Shown here: positions 18,580 through 27,914 of the stretch, piece by piece
How the letters are laid out: each line of letters opens with the position of its first letter
Numbering within the stretch: position 1 is the first letter of the stretch
Assembly (NCBI GenBank): GCA_963836075.1
Contig: CAWIIB010000001.1
Coordinates: 160,001-224,000 of the forward strand
From: an uncultured Acidobacteriota bacterium
GTDB taxonomy: Bacteria > Acidobacteriota > JAQAZP01
Length of the DNA stretch: 64,000 nt
Direction: 5' to 3'
Notes under the pieces: generated by a model
What the model saw: the letters and a program-made list of their open reading frames with translations, nothing else
Databases searched by the model: none
What the model was told of the DNA's origin: nothing
Position numbers and translations under genes: made by a program

Positions 18580-20887
18580 ATGACGGCCAACCCAGCAGGT
18601 CAGATCCGCAAGGTTGTGGCGGCGCTGATCGGTACTGCCTTCGCTGTTTCTTGTTTGCTACACCGCAGCGGTGAGCCGGGACAGGATGCCGGGATCGTTC
18701 ATCGCCGAAGAGGCGACCTACTTTCTGATGACCCGCAGCCTGTGGGAAGAAGGCGACCTGCTCTGGACCTGGAAGGACTCCCGTTACGCGGCCGCCCACC
18801 ACCGTGGCGGACTGGCCGACGTGGTCCTGATGACGCCGGACCGGGGCGAACGGGTCTACTTCGCCAAGCCCTATCTCTACTCAATCGTCGCTGTCCCCTT
18901 TTACGCCCTGCTGGGAACCAACGGGTTTCTGGTCTTCAATGCCCTGATGTTCGTGCTGCTGGCATCGCTGGGCATCCGCTACCTCCGGAGTTGCAACCCG
19001 CCGGTGCGGGCCGTGCTGCTGGGAGGCTCCTTTTTCCTCTTCTCCGCCTCGGTCCCTTACATTTTCTGGATCCAGCCGGAAGTGTTCAACATGCTCACCC
19101 TGTTCCTGGGCTGTTATTTCTGGCTATATCCGGGGCCGGGAATGGCCGGGGCCGCCGGCGGGGCATCCCCGGCCCCGGTGGGACTTCGTGATCCCGTGGT
19201 CCGTGTGGGGCTGGCCGGGTTCTTTTTCGCCCTCTCCGCATTCTCCAAATTGCCGCACCTCGCCTTCGGTGCCGCCCTGGTGCTGCACTGCCTGTTCACC
19301 AGGCGTTGGGGGCGGATGCTATCCGCCCTGCTGGCTTTTCTGTTAACGCTGACCGTCCTGCACATGGGGCAACTGGCCCTCAGTGAAACGGTTTCCGTCT
19401 ATCACTCGACGAGGAAGAGCTTCAGCGATCTTGAGACTTTCCCGCACAATGTTCCCAGTGCGGTGGCCTGGCGACAGGCCGACCAGGGCGGGGTGAGCCG
19501 CTACGGCGGGGGTGGTATGGGCCTGGTCCGTCTCGACGGGCGGGCCGCGTACAATGTCAAGTATCTCTTTTTAGGCCGGCACACCGGTCTGTTTCCCTAC
19601 TTCTTTCCTGCACTGGCGGCCCTGGGCCTCTACCTGTTGCGCCTGCGCAGCCGCAGGATGGCCGGACGGGGATTCCTGCTCCTCGCCCTGCTGATGGTGC
19701 TGCTCTTCTACATCCTCTGGTTCCCGGCCAACTACCAGGGAGGCCCGCATTTTGTGGGGAACCGGCACGTGGTTTCCATCTATCCGGCGTTTCTCTTCCT
19801 GGTGGGATCGGTTGCCGGAGTCTCTGTTCACCTGGTGAGCTGGGCCATTGCCGGACTGTTCCTGGCCCAGGTGATCTTTTCCCCCTTCGGCGCCGCCGGT
19901 CCACGCTCCGACCTGCAGGGGCACGCCAGGTCGCCGCTGTTTCGCCTGCTGCCCTATGAAACAACCTTGCGCTACGTCCCGGGCTATGCCGAGATCAACT
20001 TCGGCATGAAGTTTACTCCGAAACGCTACCTGGTGCGCCTGCTGGGTGGCGGCCGGTTGATCCTCGAGGGAACTCGTTTCCGGCTGGTGGGTCAAGAGAC
20101 TGCCGAGTTGCTGGTGGTCTCCAGGCAGCCCCTGGCCAGGTTGATCTTTCTCAGCGACTCCCCGCTGGTGGAGGCCTGGTGCCGTGGAGCGGAGGGCCGG
20201 GTGATCATCGCCGGTCTGCCGCGGTTTTCTCCCGATCCGCTGAGGCCGCCGGTGACCGAAGAGGAACTGCGGCTGGTGCTGGAGAAACCACGCCCCAACG
20301 CGGTGCACACCGACTGGAGGGACAGGGAGAAACGTTTCTTTTACCGGGTGGCCTTTCGTCGACTCCCGGGAGGAGAAGGCCGGCGTCCCGGCCCATCGAT
20401 CAGGCTGGCCTTTCTGGGGGAGGGGGAACCCTGGTTCAGGGAAGCGTATTTTCATGCCATGCTGGAGTACGCCGACGTGCCGGAACTTTTGATGGCCGGG
20501 GAGCAGGTGGCCGTGCCGGTCCGGGTTCTCTCGCGCAGCCCCTTTGCCTGGGACCGTTCGGTGCGTCTTTCCTATCACTGGCGCCGAGCCTCATACGATC
20601 CGTCCATACCCGGTGCGGTACGTGTGTGGGACGGGCTCCAGACACTGCTTCCCGGGGGAGTGCTGGGGCCGGGAGAGTTGCTTGAGGGTTCGATGCAGGT
20701 CCGGGCCCCCGGCGAAGCCGGTGACTACGTTCTCGAACTGGACCTGGTGGCGGACCAGGTGGCCTGGTTCGCCGCGAAGTCAGCGGCCCGGGAGCCGTTG
20801 GGCAGGTTCCCCGTGCGGGTGTTGGACAACCGGGACGGGGACGGGGACGGGGACGGGGACGGGGACAATGCAGGCTCAAGCCACTGA
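18580..20887 (+). CDS. Polytopic membrane protein, GT-C-like, with C-terminal Ig-like domain; apparent +1 frameshift near 18631
   Basis: Main ORF 18671-20887 has AEEATY after the first TM, many TMs and GNRH; removing one G at 18631-32 joins MTANPAGQIRKVVAALI to VLPSLFLVCYTAAVSRD and restores TM1. Confidence 0.6.
20832..20866 (+). repeat. (GGGGAC) tandem repeat, about 6 copies, encoding poly-DG
   Basis: gggac followed by ggggac x5, read directly. Confidence 0.9.
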
Positions 20888-20947
20888 AACGATACCGCTA
20901 ATCATGTATGATAGTACAGCGCTCACGCTTCCAGGATCAGAACAGGA

Positions 20948-21754
20948 ATGAGAATGACCGATTCAACCAGCCACACCGGCGAAGACCGCGGAGTTCAGCC
21001 CACGGCTCTGCACGCTGAACTGCACGACAGCAGCGTATCGGCCGCGGGAAAATACCGCCGGCTCACCGTGGGTGACCGGGGGCTGCTCTTCCTGCTCTAT
21101 TACGAATTGGTGACCTTTTTCTTCTCCTGGATGCCTGGAGCGGCGGGCTTTCTGCTGCGCGGTATGTTTTACCGTCCGCTGTTCGGGTCGTTGGGCCGGG
21201 GGGTGGTGATCGGCCAGCACGTGACCATCCGTCACCCGCACAAGATCCGGCTGGGTGACGGCGTCGCCCTGGGGGACTATGTATCGCTCGACGCCATGGG
21301 TGGCCCGGGCTCCGGAATCGAACTGGGCCGGCAGGTGCTCATCGGCCGCAACACCGTGCTCAGCGCCAAGGGCGGCGCCATCTCCGTGGACCGGGGCACC
21401 AACATCGGTATGAACTGCCTGATCATCGCCCGTGACTCCTCGGTGACCGTGGGCCGGGACACCCTCTTTGCCGCATACTGCTACCTGATGGGCGGTGGGG
21501 TGCACGGGTTCCAGCGCACCGACGTGCCGATCATGGAACAGCACCTCCCCTCCCGCGGGGTGGCGGTGGGTTCGGATTGCTGGTTGGGCGCCGGAGTCAA
21601 GGTGGCCGACGGCGTGCAGGTGGGTGACGGCACGGTGGTCGGGGCCGGGGCCGTGGTGCTGGATCCGCTCCCGCCGCTGAGCGTGGCGTACGGGATACCG
21701 GCCCGGGTATCCCGAACACGGGACGGGAAACGGGAAAACAATGAGGAAGGGTGA
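20948..21754 (+). CDS. Left-handed beta-helix (hexapeptide) sugar acyltransferase
   Basis: Hexapeptide repeats; V.VG.DCWLGAGV.V..GV.VG.GTVVGAGAVV; YGIPAR. Confidence 0.88.
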   Translation: MRMTDSTSHTGEDRGVQPTALHAELHDSSVSAAGKYRRLTVGDRGLLFLLYYELVTFFFSWMPGAAGFLLRGMFYRPLFGSLGRGVVIGQHVTIRHPHKIRLGDGVALGDYVSLDAMGGPGSGIELGRQVLIGRNTVLSAKGGAISVDRGTNIGMNCLIIARDSSVTVGRDTLFAAYCYLMGGGVHGFQRTDVPIMEQHLPSRGVAVGSDCWLGAGVKVADGVQVGDGTVVGAGAVVLDPLPPLSVAYGIPARVSRTRDGKRENNEEG

Positions 21755-21758
21755 ACAG

Positions 21759-22721
21759 ATGACGGTAGACGGCCTTCTGGACAACGGCCGCACTGCTCCA
21801 GAGATTTCGGTGGTGATCCCCGTTCTCGACGAGAAGGAGAACGTGATTCCGCTCACCGAAGAGCTGCTTCAGGTGCTGGCCACCTTCGGCCGCCCATTCG
21901 AGATCATTTTTGTCGACGACGGCAGCCGGGACGGTACCACCGATCTGCTGAGTCAACTGGCCTCCGATGCACCGGAGGTGGGCCTGATCGTCTTCCGCAA
22001 GAATTTTGGCAAGGCGGCGGCGCTGCTGGCGGGGTTCGAGAGGAGTCGGGGTAAATTCGTGATCACCATGGACGGGGACCAGCAGGACGACCCTGCCGAA
22101 ATCCCGCGGCTCATCGGACGGCTGGAACAGGGTGACGACCTGGTCTCCGGCTGGAAGCGAAAACGACGTGATCCGCTGAACAAGGTCATTCCCTCGCGGC
22201 TGTTCAACATGGCCACTTCCCTGATCGGGGGACTGCGGCTGCACGATTACAACTGTGGCCTCAAGGGCTACCGCCGGACGGTGATCGAGAACATTGACCT
22301 CTACGGCGAACTGCACCGCTACATACCGGTTCTGGCTTATCGCAAGGGGTTTCGCGTGGGGGAACTTGCGGTGAACCACCGTCCGCGGACCCGCGGCCGT
22401 TCAAAATACGGGGCGAGCCGTTTTTCCAAGGGGTTCCTCGATCTGATCACCGTGTTTTTCCTCACCCGTTTCACCCGGCGACCTCTGCACCTGTTCGGCG
22501 CCGTCGGCTTGCTCTTCTTCCTCTTCGGGTTTGCCATCAACGCCTACCTCACCGTGATCTGGATCCAGGGCCGGACCATCGGACACCGGCCGCTGTTCTT
22601 CCTCGGCATCCTCTGTGTCATTGTGGGGATCCAGATGTTGTCCACCGGACTGCTGGGCGAAATGATGGCCAACTTCATCAACCGCCGTCAGCGCGACTAT
22701 GTTATCCGCGAGGAGATGTGA
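21759..22721 (+). CDS. GT2 polyprenol-phosphate glycosyltransferase (ArnC/GtrB/DPM1-like)
   Basis: VVIPVLDE, VDDGSRDGT, NFGKAAAL, MDGDQQDDP, ELHRYIP, two C-terminal TMs. Confidence 0.9.
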   Translation: MTVDGLLDNGRTAPEISVVIPVLDEKENVIPLTEELLQVLATFGRPFEIIFVDDGSRDGTTDLLSQLASDAPEVGLIVFRKNFGKAAALLAGFERSRGKFVITMDGDQQDDPAEIPRLIGRLEQGDDLVSGWKRKRRDPLNKVIPSRLFNMATSLIGGLRLHDYNCGLKGYRRTVIENIDLYGELHRYIPVLAYRKGFRVGELAVNHRPRTRGRSKYGASRFSKGFLDLITVFFLTRFTRRPLHLFGAVGLLFFLFGFAINAYLTVIWIQGRTIGHRPLFFLGILCVIVGIQMLSTGLLGEMMANFINRRQRDYVIREEM

Positions 22722-22734
22722 AGGAGGTTCAGCC

Positions 22735-24453
22735 ATCAGACACCCGGCGTCAACTCTCCTTCTGCTCAGCCTGTTGACCCTGGCCGTGCCGGCTTCGGGC
22801 GCCAACGAGCAGGATCCGGATCTTGTGCGCTTCTCTGCCTGTGCCGAGGTGCGCATCGCCGAGATCGAGGTGTTTGTCACCGACCGCCAGGGCCGTCCGG
22901 TAACCGGCCTCACCGCGGAGGATTTCAGACTGTACGAGAACGGGGATCAGGTGGAGATCCGCAATTTCTACGCGGTTCTGGACGACACCACCGGCGGCGA
23001 TGCGGACCAGCCCGTGGACCGGGTGCTTCGGCGGGACGGGCCGATGCTGCTCATCGTCTACGTGGACAACGTCAACATCCACCCCCTGAACCGCAGACGG
23101 TTCTTCAAGGACTTCAAGGAGTTTCTCTACTCCGGCCTCTCGGAGCAGATGAGGGTCATGCTGGTGACCAACGACCGCTATCACCACGCCCGGGTTTCCT
23201 GGGGCAGCCAGGGATCGTTGCGGGTCCGGCAGGCCTTCACCGATGACCCCACCCGGATCACCTTCGCTCTGGACGAGTTGGAGAACCTGCGGGGCGATCG
23301 CGAGTACTACGACCTCGAGCGTCAGGATATCCTGCGCGAAATCTCGCGGGCCGAGGTGAGCGATCCCATGGCCCGCTGGCGGATCATGAACCGGGTGAAG
23401 ACCTACTCGGCATCGATTTTCAACGATGTCAAGTTTTCGGTTCGTGCCCTTGACGATTTTATCGGATCGCTCACCGGTCTGGCCGGTCACAAGGTGCTGC
23501 TCTATGTCAGCGACGGGTTTCCCATGCGGGCCGGTGAGGACGTCTACTTCGTGCTGAAGGAGAAATACGGGTCGGAATCGGTGGGGATGCAGAACTACGC
23601 CCACGACATCACCCGGAAACTGGAGGACCTGGCCGCCGGGGCCAATGCCAACGGCGTGACACTCTACTCTCTGGATACCTCGGGGCTGGCCGGCCAGTCG
23701 TCCACCTCCGCGGCCTCCGCCTCGGGTGTGCTGACCTCGATGATCGACACAGTTGAGCGCAAGAACACACAGAACCCGCTGCTCTTCATGTCCAAACAGA
23801 CCGGGGGACGGGCCATGGTGGACACCACGCAGACCAGGGAGGCACTGGAGAGCATCGGTGGGGATTTCCGCAACTTCTACTCACTGGGCTACCGGCCGTC
23901 CCCGGACGCTTCCGGTGAGGACGCGACGATCAAGGTCAAGGTTCGCGGCCGGGGGATGAAACTGCGCTACCGGCGGGGGGTGAGGGAAGTGACGCCGGAA
24001 CACCGGATGGAGGGCGCCATCCGCGCCAGCCTGCTTTACGGGTATCGCAACAATCCCCTCGACCTGCGCCTCAGCCTGGGGTCGGTGGAAGACATGGGGA
24101 ACGGGACCTTCCTGGTTGACTGTACAATGGACATACCGCACCGCGACCTGACCTTCATCCCCGGAGGCGAGGGGAGTGAAGCGCTGGTCCGGCTGTTTGT
24201 TGCCGTGGAGGACGACCAGGGCGTGCTCTCACCGGTGCGTGAAACCTCCGTCGCCATCAGCAGCCCCGCCACTGGCGGTGAGCGGAACCGCGAGCTGGTG
24301 CACAGCTACCAGATGCGGCTGCTGATGGCCCGGGGGCGGCAGACGCTGGTGGTTGGCGCCCTGGATGACGTGAGCTGCCTCACCTCCCTGGTCAATATGG
24401 CCTGCGAGGTTGGCGCCCCGGACCAGACCGACCAAACCGACAGAACGAAGTGA
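22735..24453 (+). CDS. Exported Acidobacterial-type VWA-domain protein
   Basis: Signal peptide; VTDRQGRPVTGLTAEDF.LYENG, KVLLYVSDG, TGG, YSLGY.P. Start uncertain (ATG 22699, or ATC 22735 after a perfect SD). Confidence 0.8.
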   Translation: MRHPASTLLLLSLLTLAVPASGANEQDPDLVRFSACAEVRIAEIEVFVTDRQGRPVTGLTAEDFRLYENGDQVEIRNFYAVLDDTTGGDADQPVDRVLRRDGPMLLIVYVDNVNIHPLNRRRFFKDFKEFLYSGLSEQMRVMLVTNDRYHHARVSWGSQGSLRVRQAFTDDPTRITFALDELENLRGDREYYDLERQDILREISRAEVSDPMARWRIMNRVKTYSASIFNDVKFSVRALDDFIGSLTGLAGHKVLLYVSDGFPMRAGEDVYFVLKEKYGSESVGMQNYAHDITRKLEDLAAGANANGVTLYSLDTSGLAGQSSTSAASASGVLTSMIDTVERKNTQNPLLFMSKQTGGRAMVDTTQTREALESIGGDFRNFYSLGYRPSPDASGEDATIKVKVRGRGMKLRYRRGVREVTPEHRMEGAIRASLLYGYRNNPLDLRLSLGSVEDMGNGTFLVDCTMDIPHRDLTFIPGGEGSEALVRLFVAVEDDQGVLSPVRETSVAISSPATGGERNRELVHSYQMRLLMARGRQTLVVGALDDVSCLTSLVNMACEVGAPDQTDQTDRTK

Positions 24454-24468
24454 GCCGGCAGCCGGTGG

Positions 24469-26544
24469 TCAGGGCTTCCGGGCCTCCGCGCTGCCGCTGC
24501 GGCCCGCCGGCAGATATTTTCCAAACCAGGCCAGGTCCCACTTCATTTTGGCCAGCCGGTGCTCCCGGGCGGCCAGGCTGTGGGCCTCGCCGGGATAGAC
24601 CACCAGCTCGGCGGGGACGCCGAGATAGTGGTGCAGGGCGCGATACAGCGCCCGGCTGTGGGCCGCGGGGACCCGCGGGTCGGAGCTGCCCACGTGGATC
24701 AGCGTCGGGGTCCGCACCCGGTTCAGGCCGTAGAGGGGTGACCCGTGACGATAGGCCTCGGCCCGTTCCCAGGGCAGGCCGCGCATGAAGTTGATCACAT
24801 GGCCCGGCGTGTCTTCGGTTCCCCACTGCAGCACCATGTCCAGCATCCCGGCTCCGCTGCTGGCCGCCTGCCACAGATCGGGCCGCCGGGTGATCAGACA
24901 GTTGGTCAGGTACCCGCCGTTGCTCCAGCCCATCACCCCGATCCTCCCGGGATCCACCGTCCCGTCCCGCACCAGCGCCTCAACGCCGGCGATGATGTCG
25001 GTGACCTCGATATCGTTCTCACGGCCGATCAGCTTTTCCATGAACGGTTCGCCGTAACCGGTGGACCCGTGGTAGTTGGGGCTGAGCAGGGCATACCCGT
25101 TGGCCGCCATCAACGTTCGACCGTAGATCCAGTAGCGCAGGCGGTAGCGGGTGGCCGAGGTCGGTCCGCCATGGAGTTCCACTATCAGCGGCAGCGGTCC
25201 GTCCTGCGGTGCGTAGTCCGGCGGCAGTTCCAGGATGCCCTCCACCGGGTCGTTGTCCGCCCCGGTCCAGCCGTAGATCGTCACCTGGGGCAGCAGCCAG
25301 GTGGCGGTTAGCGCGTTGACCGATGTGATCCGGCGACTGGATCCGTCATCGGCAAAGAGGTGCAGGTCGGCAAAAGCCTGCGGACCGCCGGCCACGACCA
25401 CCAGGGGGCTGCCCGAGGGGGCAAAGCCGAAGAGGTCCACCACCAGGTCACCAGGGGTCAGGGTGAGGTGCTCTCCCTGAGCTCCGGAGCGGACGCCGGT
25501 CACGCCGAGAACTCGGATCCGGGCCCGGCTCTCGCCACGGTAGCACAGCGTCCGGCTGCCGCCGCGCCAGGTCAGGCCACCGGCAAACATCGCCTCCGGC
25601 GGCAGATTGATCCGGCGCAGTGTCGCCTCCCCGTCTTCCCACTCCCCGAGATAAACCCGGGTGGCGTAGCCGTCGTAGGAGATGCTGAAGGCCAGCGCAC
25701 CGCTGTCCGCCGACCAGGCCAGTTCCTCCAGCCAGCCAAACGGCGAGGGGTGTCCCTCGCGCCACCCGGTCCCGGTCAACGTGGATACCCCGCCGCTTTC
25801 CAGGTCCATGATGTCCACCCGGGACCAACCTTCCTTGAAGATCAACTCCTCGTCGCTGGTGGTGATCATCGCGGCCCGCAACCCATCGGGTGAGAGGGCG
25901 AAGTCGTGAATTACCCGCCGGGCCGCCTGCACCTGGCGCGACCGCCAGGTGACCAGATCCAGTCTCCACAAGCTGTCCAGTTCGCTGACCCCGTGTCCGT
26001 ATTCCAGAGCGGCGAACGACGTGCGCAGGTCGCGCCACTCATCCTCCACCACTTCCTCACCGCAGGTGTAGAACAGGGAACCGCCATCGGCGGAAAGGCG
26101 GAACAGTTTTATTCCCCCTTTGACCCGGGTCACCGGGAAGGGCTCACCTCCTCCGACGGAGAGGCGCCAGATCTGGGTGCTGCCATCCCAGGGCGGTACT
26201 GTTTCTCCGGTCCCTCGCGACCGGCTCCCGCTGACATAGATCCATCGCTCCCCGGGGTCCCAGACCGGGTCGTCGGCCCCCAGGCCGCCGAAGGAGAGTC
26301 GGAGCAGTTCCGTGCCCGACAGGTCAGCCAGCCACAGGTCATGGGTTTTGCCATCCTCGTCCCAGCGGGTCTCCTGGTAGGCCGCGTATCGTCCGCTGGG
26401 GGAGACCGCGATTTCGTCGATGGACGCCAGATCAAAATAGTCCTCCGGCGAGATGCTGTGGGACCGCTCCGCGGCGGCAGATCTGTGGCTGCCGGAGACC
26501 AGGAGCGTGAGGGTCAGGAGTGCAACTGCTGTTCTGTTCAACAT
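24469..26544 (-). CDS. Secreted S9 family (prolyl oligopeptidase-like) peptidase
   Basis: Signal peptide, beta-propeller region, HGGP, GWSNGG, D.RVP, YPGEAH. Confidence 0.92.
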   Translation of the reverse strand: MLNRTAVALLTLTLLVSGSHRSAAAERSHSISPEDYFDLASIDEIAVSPSGRYAAYQETRWDEDGKTHDLWLADLSGTELLRLSFGGLGADDPVWDPGERWIYVSGSRSRGTGETVPPWDGSTQIWRLSVGGGEPFPVTRVKGGIKLFRLSADGGSLFYTCGEEVVEDEWRDLRTSFAALEYGHGVSELDSLWRLDLVTWRSRQVQAARRVIHDFALSPDGLRAAMITTSDEELIFKEGWSRVDIMDLESGGVSTLTGTGWREGHPSPFGWLEELAWSADSGALAFSISYDGYATRVYLGEWEDGEATLRRINLPPEAMFAGGLTWRGGSRTLCYRGESRARIRVLGVTGVRSGAQGEHLTLTPGDLVVDLFGFAPSGSPLVVVAGGPQAFADLHLFADDGSSRRITSVNALTATWLLPQVTIYGWTGADNDPVEGILELPPDYAPQDGPLPLIVELHGGPTSATRYRLRYWIYGRTLMAANGYALLSPNYHGSTGYGEPFMEKLIGRENDIEVTDIIAGVEALVRDGTVDPGRIGVMGWSNGGYLTNCLITRRPDLWQAASSGAGMLDMVLQWGTEDTPGHVINFMRGLPWERAEAYRHGSPLYGLNRVRTPTLIHVGSSDPRVPAAHSRALYRALHHYLGVPAELVVYPGEAHSLAAREHRLAKMKWDLAWFGKYLPAGRSGSAEARKP

Positions 26545-26709
26545 ATGTTCCTCCGTGGCGGTGATGGCGGAAGCGCCGCCCTGAAGTAGTGTCCGGTCCG
26601 TGGCAGCAGGTCTATTGTTACTCCATTGTCCGTCCATTGGCAGGGATTGGAGAAGATCGACTCAACTCGCTTCCCCCGGTGGTCGATGAGATGTTGTGGG
26701 AGGATGAAG

Positions 26710-27378
26710 ATGGATAATGGAAACCCATGCCACCGCCACCAGGATGCGGAAGCATCTTTTACCTGCAGCAGCTGCGGGAATTCCTTCTGTTCCCGGTGTC
26801 GCTGCGAACTGCTGGACGGCAGCGTCTGTTGCACCGAGTGCGCTGTTGAAACGGCCGGGGAGAGCGGCGGAGTCTTTGACCCGGGCCTGGGTTCAACTGC
26901 CGTCGGAGAGCCCCGTGCAGGGCGGCCGACATCGCGGATGCGGCTGATCACCGTGGTGCTCCTGGTCTGCATCCCCCTGCTGGCCCTGGAAGGCCTCTTT
27001 CTTCTTCGCAGCCGCGTATCCCGGACCGCAGCAGAGGACGAAACCCACCATGTGATGAGCGACACACTGGTGCTGATCACCGTGCTCAACACCTACCGGC
27101 AGGATACCGGCGCCTATCCCGAAGAGCTTGAAGAGATCGTGCCGTCGCACTGGAAACCCGGGGACCGTGCGGAGCTCGAGCGCTACGATTATCATCGTAG
27201 CGCAGCTAAACGCTATGTGCTGCAGCCCCGGTTGACCGGGGATAAGACAGAGGATGCCGCCATCATGAGGGCCAGCTCCCTTATTCCCCGGGTATTGGGA
27301 CCGGAAAGTCGTCTGGACGTTTTCCTCGCCGCCGGGACAGGGGCCGGGGTCGAGCAACCGGACCAGGGGGCGCCATGA
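26710..27378 (+). CDS. B-box-like Zn-finger + TM + pseudopilin-like domain protein
   Basis: CHRH..C..C...C..C....CC..C cluster, one TM helix, then LNTYRQDTGAYPEEL and YDY motifs typical of GspG-like heads. Confidence 0.6.
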   Translation: MDNGNPCHRHQDAEASFTCSSCGNSFCSRCRCELLDGSVCCTECAVETAGESGGVFDPGLGSTAVGEPRAGRPTSRMRLITVVLLVCIPLLALEGLFLLRSRVSRTAAEDETHHVMSDTLVLITVLNTYRQDTGAYPEELEEIVPSHWKPGDRAELERYDYHRSAAKRYVLQPRLTGDKTEDAAIMRASSLIPRVLGPESRLDVFLAAGTGAGVEQPDQGAP

Positions 27379-27818
27379 ACGGCCGCTGCAGCGGGTTTAC
27401 CCTGGTGGAGATGATGGTCGTCCTGGTGGTCATCGCCCTGGTGGCCGCCATGGGGGTGCAGAGTGTGATCGCTGCACTGGAGATGAGCCGCGAGCGGCAC
27501 ACCGAGGCGGAAATCCTGGCCATGGTTGATCTGGTCAAGCTCTACAAGACCGACACCGAGGCTTGTGTCCCCGGGGTCAACGAAGCTGATTTCAGGGACT
27601 GGCTGGAGGCCAGCAACTTCTTCGACCGGGTGGAATTGAACGACGGCTGGGGGCGCTCGTATCACATCCTGATGCACTGCGACCACGAGCTGGGAACCGA
27701 GTACCTGATCTGGACTTCGGACGGCATGGACGGCCTGCGGGGGAGCACCGACGACGTGGTCTACCTCTTTTCCCCCGACGGCTGGGACGGTTGGACCAGC
27801 CAGGGCGCCTTCAACTGA
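27375..27818 (+). CDS. Prepilin-type N-methylation domain protein (GspG-like)
   Basis: G|FTLVEMMVVLVVIALVAA cleavage motif with E5; DGWGRSY and SDG.DG..G..DD motifs. Confidence 0.88.
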   Translation: MNGRCSGFTLVEMMVVLVVIALVAAMGVQSVIAALEMSRERHTEAEILAMVDLVKLYKTDTEACVPGVNEADFRDWLEASNFFDRVELNDGWGRSYHILMHCDHELGTEYLIWTSDGMDGLRGSTDDVVYLFSPDGWDGWTSQGAFN

Positions 27819-27849
27819 TTCTCCGCAGACAGCAAAGACCACGGGACAG

Positions 27850-27894
27850 AAAAAGGGGGACCTCCGGCTCCCGGGAGCCGGAGGTCCCCCTGTT
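27850..27894. terminator. Perfect 38-bp palindrome, probably a terminator between convergent genes
   Basis: AGGGGGACCTCCGGCTCCC|GGGAGCCGGAGGTCCCCCT (27854-27891) with an A-run on the left, giving a U-tract for the minus-strand MFS transcript. Confidence 0.75.
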
Positions 27895-27914
27895 CAGGCT
27901 CCCTGCGATACCGA

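Noticed and set aside
24421-24447. Short DQT-DQT-DRT repeat at the end of the VWA gene
   Set aside because: Only about three degenerate 9-nt units in a low-complexity tail.
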